From positions 1-21,095 of the forward strand of contig JAWBBW010000022.1 in the NCBI GenBank assembly GCA_038824035.1: 21,095 nucleotides of DNA, written 5' to 3'. This stretch comes from Desulfurococcaceae archaeon. GTDB lineage: Archaea > Thermoproteota > Thermoprotei_A > Sulfolobales > Desulfurococcaceae. Shown here one piece after another: positions 8,473 to 16,804 of the stretch. Within the stretch, counting starts at the first letter, position 1, and the number at the start of each line of letters is the position of its first letter. The position numbers and the translations under genes were made by a program. The notes under the pieces were generated by a model. That model saw only the letters and a program-made list of their open reading frames with translations. It was not told where the DNA came from and made no database searches.

Positions 8473-9190
8473 TGCTCAGTACCTTATCCAGTATCTTTTT
8501 ATCCAAGCCAAAAACAGATTCCGCTATTGACCTGATGTATTCATCGCTAGGTGTTGATGTCGGGAAACCTGCCCTAATTGCAAGGGCTCTTTTATACGCC
8601 TCTTTGTACTCCTTTGACCTCACTTCGCCCTTGTATATTGCTTCACATATCTTATACCCTATGAAAAACCTCACGTAATTCCTCACTGTTCTCTCCTCCT
8701 CTGGTATAGCCTTAACGGTTTCTTGCAGTATTTTCCTAAAATCCTCTTCACTTAGAAATCCAAGTATGAACATTGTTAGGGGTATCCTCAACATCCTTGC
8801 AACCATGTTGCTATCGATCACGCCTGATGGAGATATCGATTTCAATTTATCCCTAGCCGATTCGTATGACCCATTCAATATGTCCTCAATAGCCTTGTTC
8901 AATGTCTCCTCGATATAGAAGATCTTATTAAATAACTGCGGATATTCCTCGTGCAGTTTCAAACCATATTTACCTATCACATACAGTGTCGCCATCTCTT
9001 TGTCGTAAATATCGGGGGGCATAGCCTTGCCCCTGATCGGCTGTAACTTGGCCTTGAAATAAGCCTTTTGCAACATCTCCGTGGCACTTGCCCTGTCTAA
9101 CTCATCTAAAATCTTGGTGAACTCGCTCAATAGCCCTATTGCCACCTGGATTCTCTTCTTATGTGGCGATTTCCCCGTTATTCCAACCAC
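8435..9190 (-). CDS. Conserved crenarchaeal protein, DUF2192-like
   Basis: PIRGKAMPPDIYDKEMATLYVIGKYGL recalled as DUF2192; 251-aa ORF; 38-bp convergent overlap with lhr. Confidence 0.75.
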   Translation of the reverse strand: MVGITGKSPHKKRIQVAIGLLSEFTKILDELDRASATEMLQKAYFKAKLQPIRGKAMPPDIYDKEMATLYVIGKYGLKLHEEYPQLFNKIFYIEETLNKAIEDILNGSYESARDKLKSISPSGVIDSNMVARMLRIPLTMFILGFLSEEDFRKILQETVKAIPEEERTVRNYVRFFIGYKICEAIYKGEVRSKEYKEAYKRALAIRAGFPTSTPSDEYIRSIAESVFGLDKKILDKVLSTKKTEAESHGQT

Positions 9191-9450
9191 CTCTTAACAA
9201 CTCTATTTACAAGTCTTTTTAATCTTAGATCCAGGCTTACTCTGCCCGTGAAAATCCTGAATTTTGTCCCAGTCTTCGAGAATACGAGCTTCATAGTCGA
9301 TATCTCCATGGGGTTTTTATCCATCTTCAAGTACACTTCATATTTTGATTTCCTCTCCCTTATCTCATAGTAAACTACGTCTCCCACCTCTCTCCTCAGG
9401 TAATTGACCAGTTTCTCCAGGATCTCGTTGAGTTGTGAAGAATTGACCAA
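9178..9450 (-). CDS. Hypothetical basic alpha/beta protein (90 aa)
   Basis: TTG start 1 nt after the upstream stop; overlaps the downstream gene; Lys/Arg-rich. Confidence 0.72.
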   Translation of the reverse strand: MVNSSQLNEILEKLVNYLRREVGDVVYYEIRERKSKYEVYLKMDKNPMEISTMKLVFSKTGTKFRIFTGRVSLDLRLKRLVNRVVKRWLE

Positions 9451-9451
9451 T

Positions 9452-9853
9452 TCACTCCGGCCTCCACGAATATTTGATCCTAATGTAACCGAGCGTATCG
9501 AGGATCTCTATGTACCAACCAGTTAACTGACTTAACAACATCCTTAGTATTTCCTCACACTCCGTGTTCAAGCCGTATAGTTCCCTGAATGCCTGGATCG
9601 CTAGATCGCAATTCAATTTATTACCTATTTTCTCCTTAATATATTGGATCGCGTAGTCCATTCTGAGAGAGCCCGTTTCCTCGATTAGGTTCTTGAGCAT
9701 GGTCAATAGATTGGAATCTGGTATCACTTCTTCGCAATTATGTCCTCTTTGTTTACATATTTCAAGATATTTGATCAAGAGACCATAGTCCTTGATGATC
9801 TTGCCAGAGGAGAGAAAAAGCTTTCTATTGTTCTCAATGTCCATGAACCTCAC
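9452..9853 (-). CDS. Hypothetical protein (133 aa)
   Basis: 4-bp overlap with the HTH gene stop; alternative ATG at 9844 with GAGGT upstream. Confidence 0.72.
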   Translation of the reverse strand: MRFMDIENNRKLFLSSGKIIKDYGLLIKYLEICKQRGHNCEEVIPDSNLLTMLKNLIEETGSLRMDYAIQYIKEKIGNKLNCDLAIQAFRELYGLNTECEEILRMLLSQLTGWYIEILDTLGYIRIKYSWRPE

Positions 9854-10212
9854 TTTATTATATCATATATCTTTTCCCTTATTATTTGCTTGTACTTGTT
9901 GTCAACGGAGTTGTATAATCTACGAAGTGCCTCTAACATATCATCTATTATTATGTTAATGGCTGTGTCGACTTCGTAGGGTGCTAGTGATTTGAGGGCT
10001 CTGTATAAGACTTCGTCACTTGGATGGGTCAATCTTTTCACGTATTTTCTAACAGCTGTAGGGGAGATCCCGAGATCCCTCGATAATTCTATAATACTCC
10101 TTGTGGATAGCATTAACTCCACTATCTTGGCACGAGCCTCCTTACTTATCCAGTGAACTGGAAAATCCTCTGTTATGTTCAAAACATCTGTCCTCTCACC
10201 CAACTTAATCAC
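9850..10212 (-). CDS. Helix-turn-helix protein (Xre/Cro-like), putative transcriptional regulator
   Basis: SIIELSRDLGISPTAVRKYVKRLTHPSDE is an Xre-type HTH; first gene of a four-gene operon. Start may be the TTG at 10182 behind GGTGAGAGG. Confidence 0.8.
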   Translation of the reverse strand: MIKLGERTDVLNITEDFPVHWISKEARAKIVELMLSTRSIIELSRDLGISPTAVRKYVKRLTHPSDEVLYRALKSLAPYEVDTAINIIIDDMLEALRRLYNSVDNKYKQIIREKIYDIIK

Positions 10213-10314
10213 CCAGCCTCCCTATTTTAAGTTATTGAAGAGGCTATAAGCTTATATCAAGTAAACTAGTGATGGCTTGGTGAGAGCTGATACAATGTCC
10301 CGGTGGCTTTGACC

Positions 10315-11226
10315 ATGAAGCTTAAATCCATGATATACTCCGGTAATCTCGAGATCTCGGAATTACCAGCTGTCGTCCTGACACCGGGCAGGGTATTAGC
10401 AAAGCCCATGGCTGTCTACATCGGGGATGTTGAGAGAGATGTCTTGAACAACGAGATAGCGATCACCAAGCCCCTTGTATTGGGATCAACCGGGATAGTG
10501 AAAATTATCGAAACATATGGTGATATGCCTGGCTTTATTGGAAAAGAGTTCACAGTATCCCCGATGGGCGATGATGGATTACTCGGGATAAACACGAATG
10601 GATTACTCGCATCATATATAAATCTACATCCATCCCACATAGAAGAGGAGACATGTACTCGAAATCCCTCAGAGGCCCTTAAACCATTGATAAGACATGC
10701 TGTGTCGTTGTCAGCTAAGTGTGTTGAACCGGTCCTAGTAGAGGGGTGCGACCTAATAGGGATTGCGACTGGGCTAGCTATTAGGGCCAGTGGCGTCGAG
10801 CCTATTTTCTATTGTGAAAGAGGAGCTAGAAATGCCCTTGCACACGGCTTTGAGGTATATGGGCATTTGAGTAATTTATCGAATAAATATAGATCTGTCT
10901 TGATCACGTCTAGAAATGTCGCTGTGCATTATAAGTTGTTGAGAAACCTCGAGATAAATAAACTATTGATCTCGCCTTTATCCTTGATGAATTGGATACC
11001 TTTAAGAGGTATTGGCAGCGTCGACATAGAGATCGTAACGAAGGAGAGAGACATCAATGATAACGTTGTCAAGAACACATTAAACACTGTATCAAGGATG
11101 ATCAAAGTCTTCGTGGTTGAAGACATCGAAGCAACGAGAGGGTTGTTGCCGCCAAGAGGGCTGGGTTTCATAGTTGTTTTCAAAAAACAAGAGGAGTTTA
11201 ATGCGAGAAAAACTAAGACTCCTTGA
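10315..11226 (+). CDS. Degenerate medium-chain dehydrogenase/reductase (Zn-ADH-like GroES + Rossmann domains)
   Basis: PGRVLAKP...KPLVLGST aligns by eye to ADH_N (PxEVLVK...PLILGHE); GINTNGLLASY resembles GxxxDGGFAEY; VLVEGCDLIG at the GxGxxG position. ATG 10315 follows GGTGG. Confidence 0.65.
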   Translation: MKLKSMIYSGNLEISELPAVVLTPGRVLAKPMAVYIGDVERDVLNNEIAITKPLVLGSTGIVKIIETYGDMPGFIGKEFTVSPMGDDGLLGINTNGLLASYINLHPSHIEEETCTRNPSEALKPLIRHAVSLSAKCVEPVLVEGCDLIGIATGLAIRASGVEPIFYCERGARNALAHGFEVYGHLSNLSNKYRSVLITSRNVAVHYKLLRNLEINKLLISPLSLMNWIPLRGIGSVDIEIVTKERDINDNVVKNTLNTVSRMIKVFVVEDIEATRGLLPPRGLGFIVVFKKQEEFNARKTKTP

Positions 11227-12439
11227 TCAATTCGCCGAGCCTCTTGATGCCCTCATGTATTTGCTCGATTGTGGGGTAACTGAAGTTCAACCTCATGCTA
11301 TTAGCCCCTGAGCCATCTGGGTGGAAACTCTTGCCGGGCACATAGGCTATCTTATACTCATTTATAGCCCTTGGCAACACTGCACCGGCATCAAATCCCT
11401 GTTTAAACACGTATATGAATATGAATAGGCCTCCAACCGGCTTCGAGCTCCATATGTAGTCTGGCAAGTACTCGTTAATAGCGTCCAGCATCGCGTCGCG
11501 TTTTGTCTTGTAATGTGGCAGTGCTCTCTGGACAACTGCATCTATCAAGCCCCTTTCCACGGCCTCCGCAACTATGTATTGATTCAATGTGGGTGCATGT
11601 AGATCTATGTATTGTTTGAGTAATTCGAATTTCCTCGTCAAGTCATGATTTGCCAGGATCCATCCAATTCTCAGACCGGGCGCCAATATCTTGCTCACAG
11701 TGCCAAGGTAGATCACCCTGTCCTCTTTATCAAGTGCCTTCAACGGTGTTGTATCTATATCTTTTTCAAATACCAAGTATCCATATGGATCGTCTTCTAA
11801 TATGAGGAAATCATACCTAGACGCTATCTCCAGGAGATGTTTTCTCCTCTCCAAGTTCATTGTGACCCCAGCAGGGTTTTGCGCTATTGGTATTGTATAT
11901 AGGAATTTCACTCTCTCTCTTTCACCTTGGCTTATTTTTTTCAACATATCTTCAAGTAGATATGTGTCCATACCCTCATCGTCTATCTTCACGCCGATCA
12001 ATTTCGCCCCCGCGTTTTTAAAAGCACCAAGAGCTGCTAGGTAGGACGGGCTCTCTGTGAATACTATGTCCTCGGGGTCTATGAGCGCTCTGGCCACGAT
12101 GTCTAATGCTGATTGGCTACCTGTGGTTATTATCAAGTCCTCGGGTTCGCATTTGATATTTCTTGCTTTTTCCAATAATTTGCATATAGCTGTCCTGGCT
12201 TCTCGTATGCCCTTTGTTTCACTATACTGTAATGCATAATCACCGTATTTCTCCACCACGTAGTAAGCTATCTCAGCTAGTTCTTTTTTCGGAAATAAAC
12301 GTGGATCTGGTATACCACCTGCAAAGCTGATCACATCTTTCTTCTCCTTTATTATCGCTAATAACTCCCTGATCTCGGATGCTTTAATAGACCTTGATAA
12401 CTTACTATAAAACTTGGAGTAATCAATCAGATACCTCAC
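11213..12439 (-). CDS. PLP-dependent class I/II aminotransferase (Aro8/LysN-like, multi-substrate type)
   Basis: SEIRELL, ISFAGGIPD, ALQY, TTGSQ, QNPAG, EDDPY, GTVSKILAPGLRIGW (PLP Lys), RLNFS. GTG 12439 chosen because the longer ORF overlaps the divergent gene. Confidence 0.93.
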   Translation of the reverse strand: MRYLIDYSKFYSKLSRSIKASEIRELLAIIKEKKDVISFAGGIPDPRLFPKKELAEIAYYVVEKYGDYALQYSETKGIREARTAICKLLEKARNIKCEPEDLIITTGSQSALDIVARALIDPEDIVFTESPSYLAALGAFKNAGAKLIGVKIDDEGMDTYLLEDMLKKISQGERERVKFLYTIPIAQNPAGVTMNLERRKHLLEIASRYDFLILEDDPYGYLVFEKDIDTTPLKALDKEDRVIYLGTVSKILAPGLRIGWILANHDLTRKFELLKQYIDLHAPTLNQYIVAEAVERGLIDAVVQRALPHYKTKRDAMLDAINEYLPDYIWSSKPVGGLFIFIYVFKQGFDAGAVLPRAINEYKIAYVPGKSFHPDGSGANSMRLNFSYPTIEQIHEGIKRLGELIKES

Positions 12440-12452
12440 CGCTTCATACTTA

Positions 12453-12475
12453 TGTATAAATACGGTATATAAATA
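12453..12475. promoter_or_regulatory. Compact bidirectional TATA region
   Basis: TGTATAAA (12453-12460) and TATATAAA (12466-12473) in the 61-bp gap between the divergent aminotransferase and radical SAM genes. Confidence 0.55.
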
Positions 12476-12500
12476 TTCATATATGGAAGAGTGATGGATA

Positions 12501-14069
12501 TTGGAGATAAACACTGTGTACAAAAACCCATTAAGAGTTGCTGGGCGCGTAGCGTATATATATCCAAGTATATATAACGTCATGATCTCAAGTCTGGCCC
12601 CCGATATAATATACTCGCTTGTTAATAACCTCGAAGAAGTCTACATGGAGAGATTTGTGAACACGAAGTTACAGGGACCCGAGAACGAGCCGAGAAGTAT
12701 AGAGACGGGAAGTAGGTTAAGGGATTTTGGGTTAATAATGACCACTCTCCACTATGAACCAGATATCGTTAACTTAGCGAGGATCTTGAAAGCGGGCGGT
12801 ATCAGTGTTTTCCGCGATAGAAGAAAAGAAATCTTAATAGCCGGCGGCCCCGTGTGCATGGAAAACCCTATTCCATATAGCGACATAGTGGACGCATTCA
12901 TCATAGGTGAGGCCGAGGTAACTATTCCAATAGTGATCGAGAAATGGCTTGAATACATAGATAACAAGAGGAAATTTCTAGAAGAGTTATCGACATTGAA
13001 ATACGTGTATGTCCCCGAATACACTGATGACGTAGTTGAGAAAAGATATGTCGAAGACCTGGATAAATCGTTTTATCCATATAGGCAAATAGAGAACACG
13101 ATGATCGAGCCTGTTTTTGGCAGGGGTTTCAAACTAGAGGTCAGTAGGGGGTGTAGGTTTTGGTGTAGTTTCTGCCTAGAGACCAGGGTTTTTCAGCCAT
13201 ATAGGGAGAGAAGTGTTGAGGTATTGAAGAGTATTTTGAACAAGGGAATTAAATACACCATATCCGGTAAACGAGTGGTGATATACTCGTTGTCGTTCCC
13301 CGGGTCACGTGACCAGATTAAACTGCTTGAATACCTGGTCAGGGAAGGCTATGTGGCTTCTTTGCCCTCCTTGAGATTACTCGGTATAAACGATGACCTA
13401 TTGGAAGTGATCAAGGGGCTTGGTCAGAGAATGCTGGTCTTTGCCCCTGAGACCTTTAGCCATATTTACCAGAGAATATTCTTTAAATACGCTGGACTAG
13501 AAGTTGAGCTTGTCGACTTGATCAAACGTGTCATAGGGCATGGTTTCAACGTTAAATTGTACCTCATATATGGTGTCAAAGGCGAGGACATGGAATCAGT
13601 GAAGATTAATATAAGGGCCCTTAGAGAGCTTGCTAGGTATGCCAAGAGCCTTGGGAAAAACGTAGTGGTATCATTAAACCCGCTGGTACCGAAACCACAT
13701 ACAATGTTTCAATGGATAGGCATGGAAACCAGAGAACGATTAACCAAGATTCTGAGGGCTTATAAAAGTGAACTAGGAGGTATTATAGAGACCAGGCCTT
13801 ATGATATGGATTGGGCTATTATTCAAGCACAGCTCAGTCTTTCCAGTGAGCAATTGGGGGTTTTAATAGATAGGTGGGCTGATTACGGGGGAGGTATTTC
13901 CGGGTGGAAAAGGGCGATGTACGAATTCGATATTGATCTCAGCTATGTATATAGGGGTTATGGGAGAGATGAGCCACTGCCATGGGGTTTCATAAAACTA
14001 GACAAGTTCTCGGACAAAGTAACTAGCCGTGAATACGAGGTTTATGGAAAATTAATTAGAGCTGTTTAA
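12501..14069 (+). CDS. Radical SAM protein with N-terminal B12-binding-like domain (COG1032/TIGR03960-like), function unknown
   Basis: EVSRGCRFWCSFC (CxxxCxxC); N-terminal YIYPSIY..MISSL, IAGGP..NPIP, IGEAE; SLPSLR, FAPET, PKPHTMFQW, C-terminal LPW. Confidence 0.9.
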   Translation: MEINTVYKNPLRVAGRVAYIYPSIYNVMISSLAPDIIYSLVNNLEEVYMERFVNTKLQGPENEPRSIETGSRLRDFGLIMTTLHYEPDIVNLARILKAGGISVFRDRRKEILIAGGPVCMENPIPYSDIVDAFIIGEAEVTIPIVIEKWLEYIDNKRKFLEELSTLKYVYVPEYTDDVVEKRYVEDLDKSFYPYRQIENTMIEPVFGRGFKLEVSRGCRFWCSFCLETRVFQPYRERSVEVLKSILNKGIKYTISGKRVVIYSLSFPGSRDQIKLLEYLVREGYVASLPSLRLLGINDDLLEVIKGLGQRMLVFAPETFSHIYQRIFFKYAGLEVELVDLIKRVIGHGFNVKLYLIYGVKGEDMESVKINIRALRELARYAKSLGKNVVVSLNPLVPKPHTMFQWIGMETRERLTKILRAYKSELGGIIETRPYDMDWAIIQAQLSLSSEQLGVLIDRWADYGGGISGWKRAMYEFDIDLSYVYRGYGRDEPLPWGFIKLDKFSDKVTSREYEVYGKLIRAV

Positions 14070-14092
14070 TAGGGTTGAGGTATTTGTATCTC

Positions 14093-15565
14093 CTAGTGCC
14101 CTAGTACTGGTCTATACGCCATGCCATAATGTATTAGGCCTGATTCACCGTTTTCGCTTATCCTCCTCATGACAGGCTCCAATAACATGCCTGGTTTCAA
14201 CTCCTCTGGCAACACATCTGTGAGGTAAGCTAATAGCCTTGTACACGTGTTCGAAGTCTCCACAATGCCTATTAACAATGGTTTTTTCTCCTCGAAGCCG
14301 TCCATCACACTGTAGATCACGGTCCACGTGATTAGCTTGGCTTTCTCATTTAACAACTCGATGTTTTCAACGTTTTTCGAGCCACAATATCTACAGATCT
14401 GTGAGGGCGGATAACTAGTTCTCTTGCAATCATTGCATTTCGTGGCCACAAGCCTATATCTATATATCCTGTTTCTCCACGAGGGTGGTATTGACATTTT
14501 CACGCTAGATCTTATCCTATCCACTAGTTTTCTATACCTAGCGTAGAGCCCATAGCTAATGATGTGTTTTCTATTGATGTAATCCTCTGTTCTCGGCGCC
14601 AATTGCTGTCTTTCCAATATCTTATCAGTAACCACTATGCTATATGCATCTGCCCCTGCACCACTACCGAAAGGTGCCATCAATATCCTTTGACCGGGCT
14701 TAGCATCATCAAGTATTTTAGCCAAGCCTATTAAGGCTGATGAATTATAGCTATTGCCTATGTAAGGCGTCACTAATCCTGGTAATACCTTTTCCTTTGG
14801 AAAACCAAGCATCCTGGCAACTCTTAGGGGAAAAGTGCCATTTGGCTGATGAAACACTGCGTAATCGAAATCACTTGGCTTAAGACCCGTTTTCTCGAAC
14901 AAGGATTTCACAGCACCAACTATGTGCTTAAAGTAAGCCGGTTCACCGGTGAACGCCTCGCCGTGTAGCGGGTATTTGGAGTGATCTCTCCTCCAGAAAT
15001 CAGGCGTATCTGTCACAAACGTTGAACTGGCCTCGAAGTATGCGACAGAGTCCTCTCTACTCCCTATGACAAGGGCCGTGGCAGCTGATGAAGCCGTGAA
15101 CTCAAGGACATCCCCTGGATTTGCCTGTGCCGTATCACTTCCAATTACAAGTGTATACTTGACGAGGCCTGATGCCACCGCCGCTATACTGGTTCTTATA
15201 GCCTCGCTAGCCGCTCTACATGCAAATTCCCAATCAGTTGCCATTGTATATGGGGTTATACCGAGCGCCTCGGCTATGATCGTGGCAGATGGCTTCACCG
15301 CATATGGCTTACTCTCCGTGCCAAACCAAACAGCGCCTATTTCACTGGGTTTCACACCAGCCCGTTTCAACGCGTTTCTAGCCGCCTCCCACCCCATTGT
15401 CACAGCGTCTTCATCTATTCCAGCAACACTCTTTTCAATGACACCCAGTTCTTCCGGTTGTTCAGGGTTGAAGCCCCATTCCCTCACGATCTCTACTAGT
15501 GGGATTCTCCATCTTGGAATATAAACACCCCACCCCACAATGCCTGTCCTATCCTCAGGCAACAA
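14093..15565 (-). CDS. mvaS: HMG-CoA synthase fused in frame to a C-terminal DUF35 (rubredoxin-like Zn ribbon + OB fold) domain
   Basis: Residues 1-356: archaeal HMGCS with catalytic Glu (GTESKPYAVKP), Cys (FACRAA), His (FHQPN) and IGNSY. Residues 357-490 (ATG at 14497): MSIPPSWR...CNDC...YPP...CRYCGS...TWTVI...LEPVMRRI...IHYG. No stop codon between the two parts. Confidence 0.93.
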   Translation of the reverse strand: MLPEDRTGIVGWGVYIPRWRIPLVEIVREWGFNPEQPEELGVIEKSVAGIDEDAVTMGWEAARNALKRAGVKPSEIGAVWFGTESKPYAVKPSATIIAEALGITPYTMATDWEFACRAASEAIRTSIAAVASGLVKYTLVIGSDTAQANPGDVLEFTASSAATALVIGSREDSVAYFEASSTFVTDTPDFWRRDHSKYPLHGEAFTGEPAYFKHIVGAVKSLFEKTGLKPSDFDYAVFHQPNGTFPLRVARMLGFPKEKVLPGLVTPYIGNSYNSSALIGLAKILDDAKPGQRILMAPFGSGAGADAYSIVVTDKILERQQLAPRTEDYINRKHIISYGLYARYRKLVDRIRSSVKMSIPPSWRNRIYRYRLVATKCNDCKRTSYPPSQICRYCGSKNVENIELLNEKAKLITWTVIYSVMDGFEEKKPLLIGIVETSNTCTRLLAYLTDVLPEELKPGMLLEPVMRRISENGESGLIHYGMAYRPVLGH

Positions 15566-15612
15566 TATCCCACCGTCTACAGCTCTATTTAATCTATGAG
15601 CCTGAGAATAAA

Positions 15613-15631
15613 ACCTTGTTGGTTACAAGGT
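15613..15631. promoter_or_regulatory. Perfect palindrome upstream of the HMGCS gene (candidate regulator site)
   Basis: ACCTTGT-N5-ACAAGGT directly upstream of a minus-strand TTTTATT box (about 15607-15613). Confidence 0.4.
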
Positions 15632-15678
15632 CGAGATTTTTGATCTAAGGACATGCAGGTTCGGGGAAAACCCTGTTT

Positions 15679-16800
15679 TTATCTCCTAGCGTAAAGCCAG
15701 CAAGCCGCATAATGCCCTGGCGCTATCTCGATCAACGGCGGCTCCATTGTCTCACAATACTTGGCTAATTCAGGGTTTTGATCCAAGACCACGCATCTCT
15801 GGTTAAATCTACAACCACGGGGTATGTTCAAAGGTGATGGAACCTCGCCTTTTATTGGCAGTTCTTTTATCATCAATCTACGCGATGGATCAGGCTCTGG
15901 TATAGCCTCTACAAGCGCCTTGGTATATGGGTGCATGGGGTTCCCAACGATCTTCCTTGCATCGCCCAGTTCAATCACCTTGCCAAGATACATGACCGCC
16001 ATCCTGTTTGAAATATACCGGGCAAGCGCCAAGTCATGGGTTATGAATAAATATGTCAACCCATATCTTCTCTTCAACTCCATCATTAATTGCAAGACCT
16101 CGGCTCTGATCGATACATCCAGCATTGAGACAGGCTCGTCGGCGACGACAAACCTGGGGTTCAATATTATGGCCCTTGCAATCACCACACGCTGTCTCTG
16201 ACCACCTGATAACATATGTGGATATCTCCACATGAACTCCTCTGGCGGTATTAGTTTAACAGCCTCCAGCGATTTAGCCACTATGTCTTCTCTCTCCTCT
16301 CTTGTCTCCCCTATCTTGTGTATGATGAGGGGTTCTTCTAATATCTCGAATATGGTTCTCCGAGGGTTTAAACTACCATAAGGATCTTGCCAGATCATCT
16401 GAATATCTCTACGAAATGGCTTAAACACCTTATCCGGTAACTTGGTGATATCCACGTGTCCATATTCGCTGATCAACGTGAGTTTGACCCCTTTTGTCGA
16501 TAATTCATCCACTATTTTCTTAGAGGGCAGGTAACCGATAACCCCCTTTGTTGGTTCATTAAGTCTTAAAAGGGCTTTGCCAGTTGTTGTTTTCCCACAA
16601 CCAGATTCACCGGCTAATGCAAAGATCTCGCCTTGCCTGATCTCGAATGACACGCCGTCAACGGCTTTCACGAATAATTGCGGCCTTCTAAGGATCACAT
16701 CTATGAAGCTCCTTCTCAGCGGGAAATACACCCTGAGATCTGAGACAAAGAAAAGAGTGTCCCGCGACAAGTTGGGCTTATACTCCTCTACACCATTCAT
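15679..16800 (-). CDS. oppF: Oligopeptide/dipeptide-family ABC transporter ATP-binding subunit F
   Basis: VKAVDGVSF, GESGCGKT, QDPYGSLNPR, LSGGQRQR, VADEPVSMLD, ITHD, HPYT, GCRF..RC...C...HYAAC tail. Confidence 0.95.
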   Translation of the reverse strand: MNGVEEYKPNLSRDTLFFVSDLRVYFPLRRSFIDVILRRPQLFVKAVDGVSFEIRQGEIFALAGESGCGKTTTGKALLRLNEPTKGVIGYLPSKKIVDELSTKGVKLTLISEYGHVDITKLPDKVFKPFRRDIQMIWQDPYGSLNPRRTIFEILEEPLIIHKIGETREEREDIVAKSLEAVKLIPPEEFMWRYPHMLSGGQRQRVVIARAIILNPRFVVADEPVSMLDVSIRAEVLQLMMELKRRYGLTYLFITHDLALARYISNRMAVMYLGKVIELGDARKIVGNPMHPYTKALVEAIPEPDPSRRLMIKELPIKGEVPSPLNIPRGCRFNQRCVVLDQNPELAKYCETMEPPLIEIAPGHYAACWLYARR

Positions 16801-16804
16801 GGGA

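Noticed and set aside
10193-10287. Inverted match CTCTCACC(C)AA / TTGGTGAGAG across the divergent promoter
   Set aside because: Most simply explained by GGTGAG Shine-Dalgarno-like sequences on opposite strands.
10269-10312. Second possible C/D sRNA (GTGATGG-CTTGGTGAGAG-CTGA...TTGA)
   Set aside because: Imperfect C box, no recognisable C' box, non-canonical D box; the partial match to 16S CACCAAGCC fails next to the box.
12440-12583. N-terminal extension of the aminotransferase ORF
   Set aside because: Runs through the AT-rich promoter and overlaps the divergent radical SAM gene; family similarity begins at IDYSKFYS.
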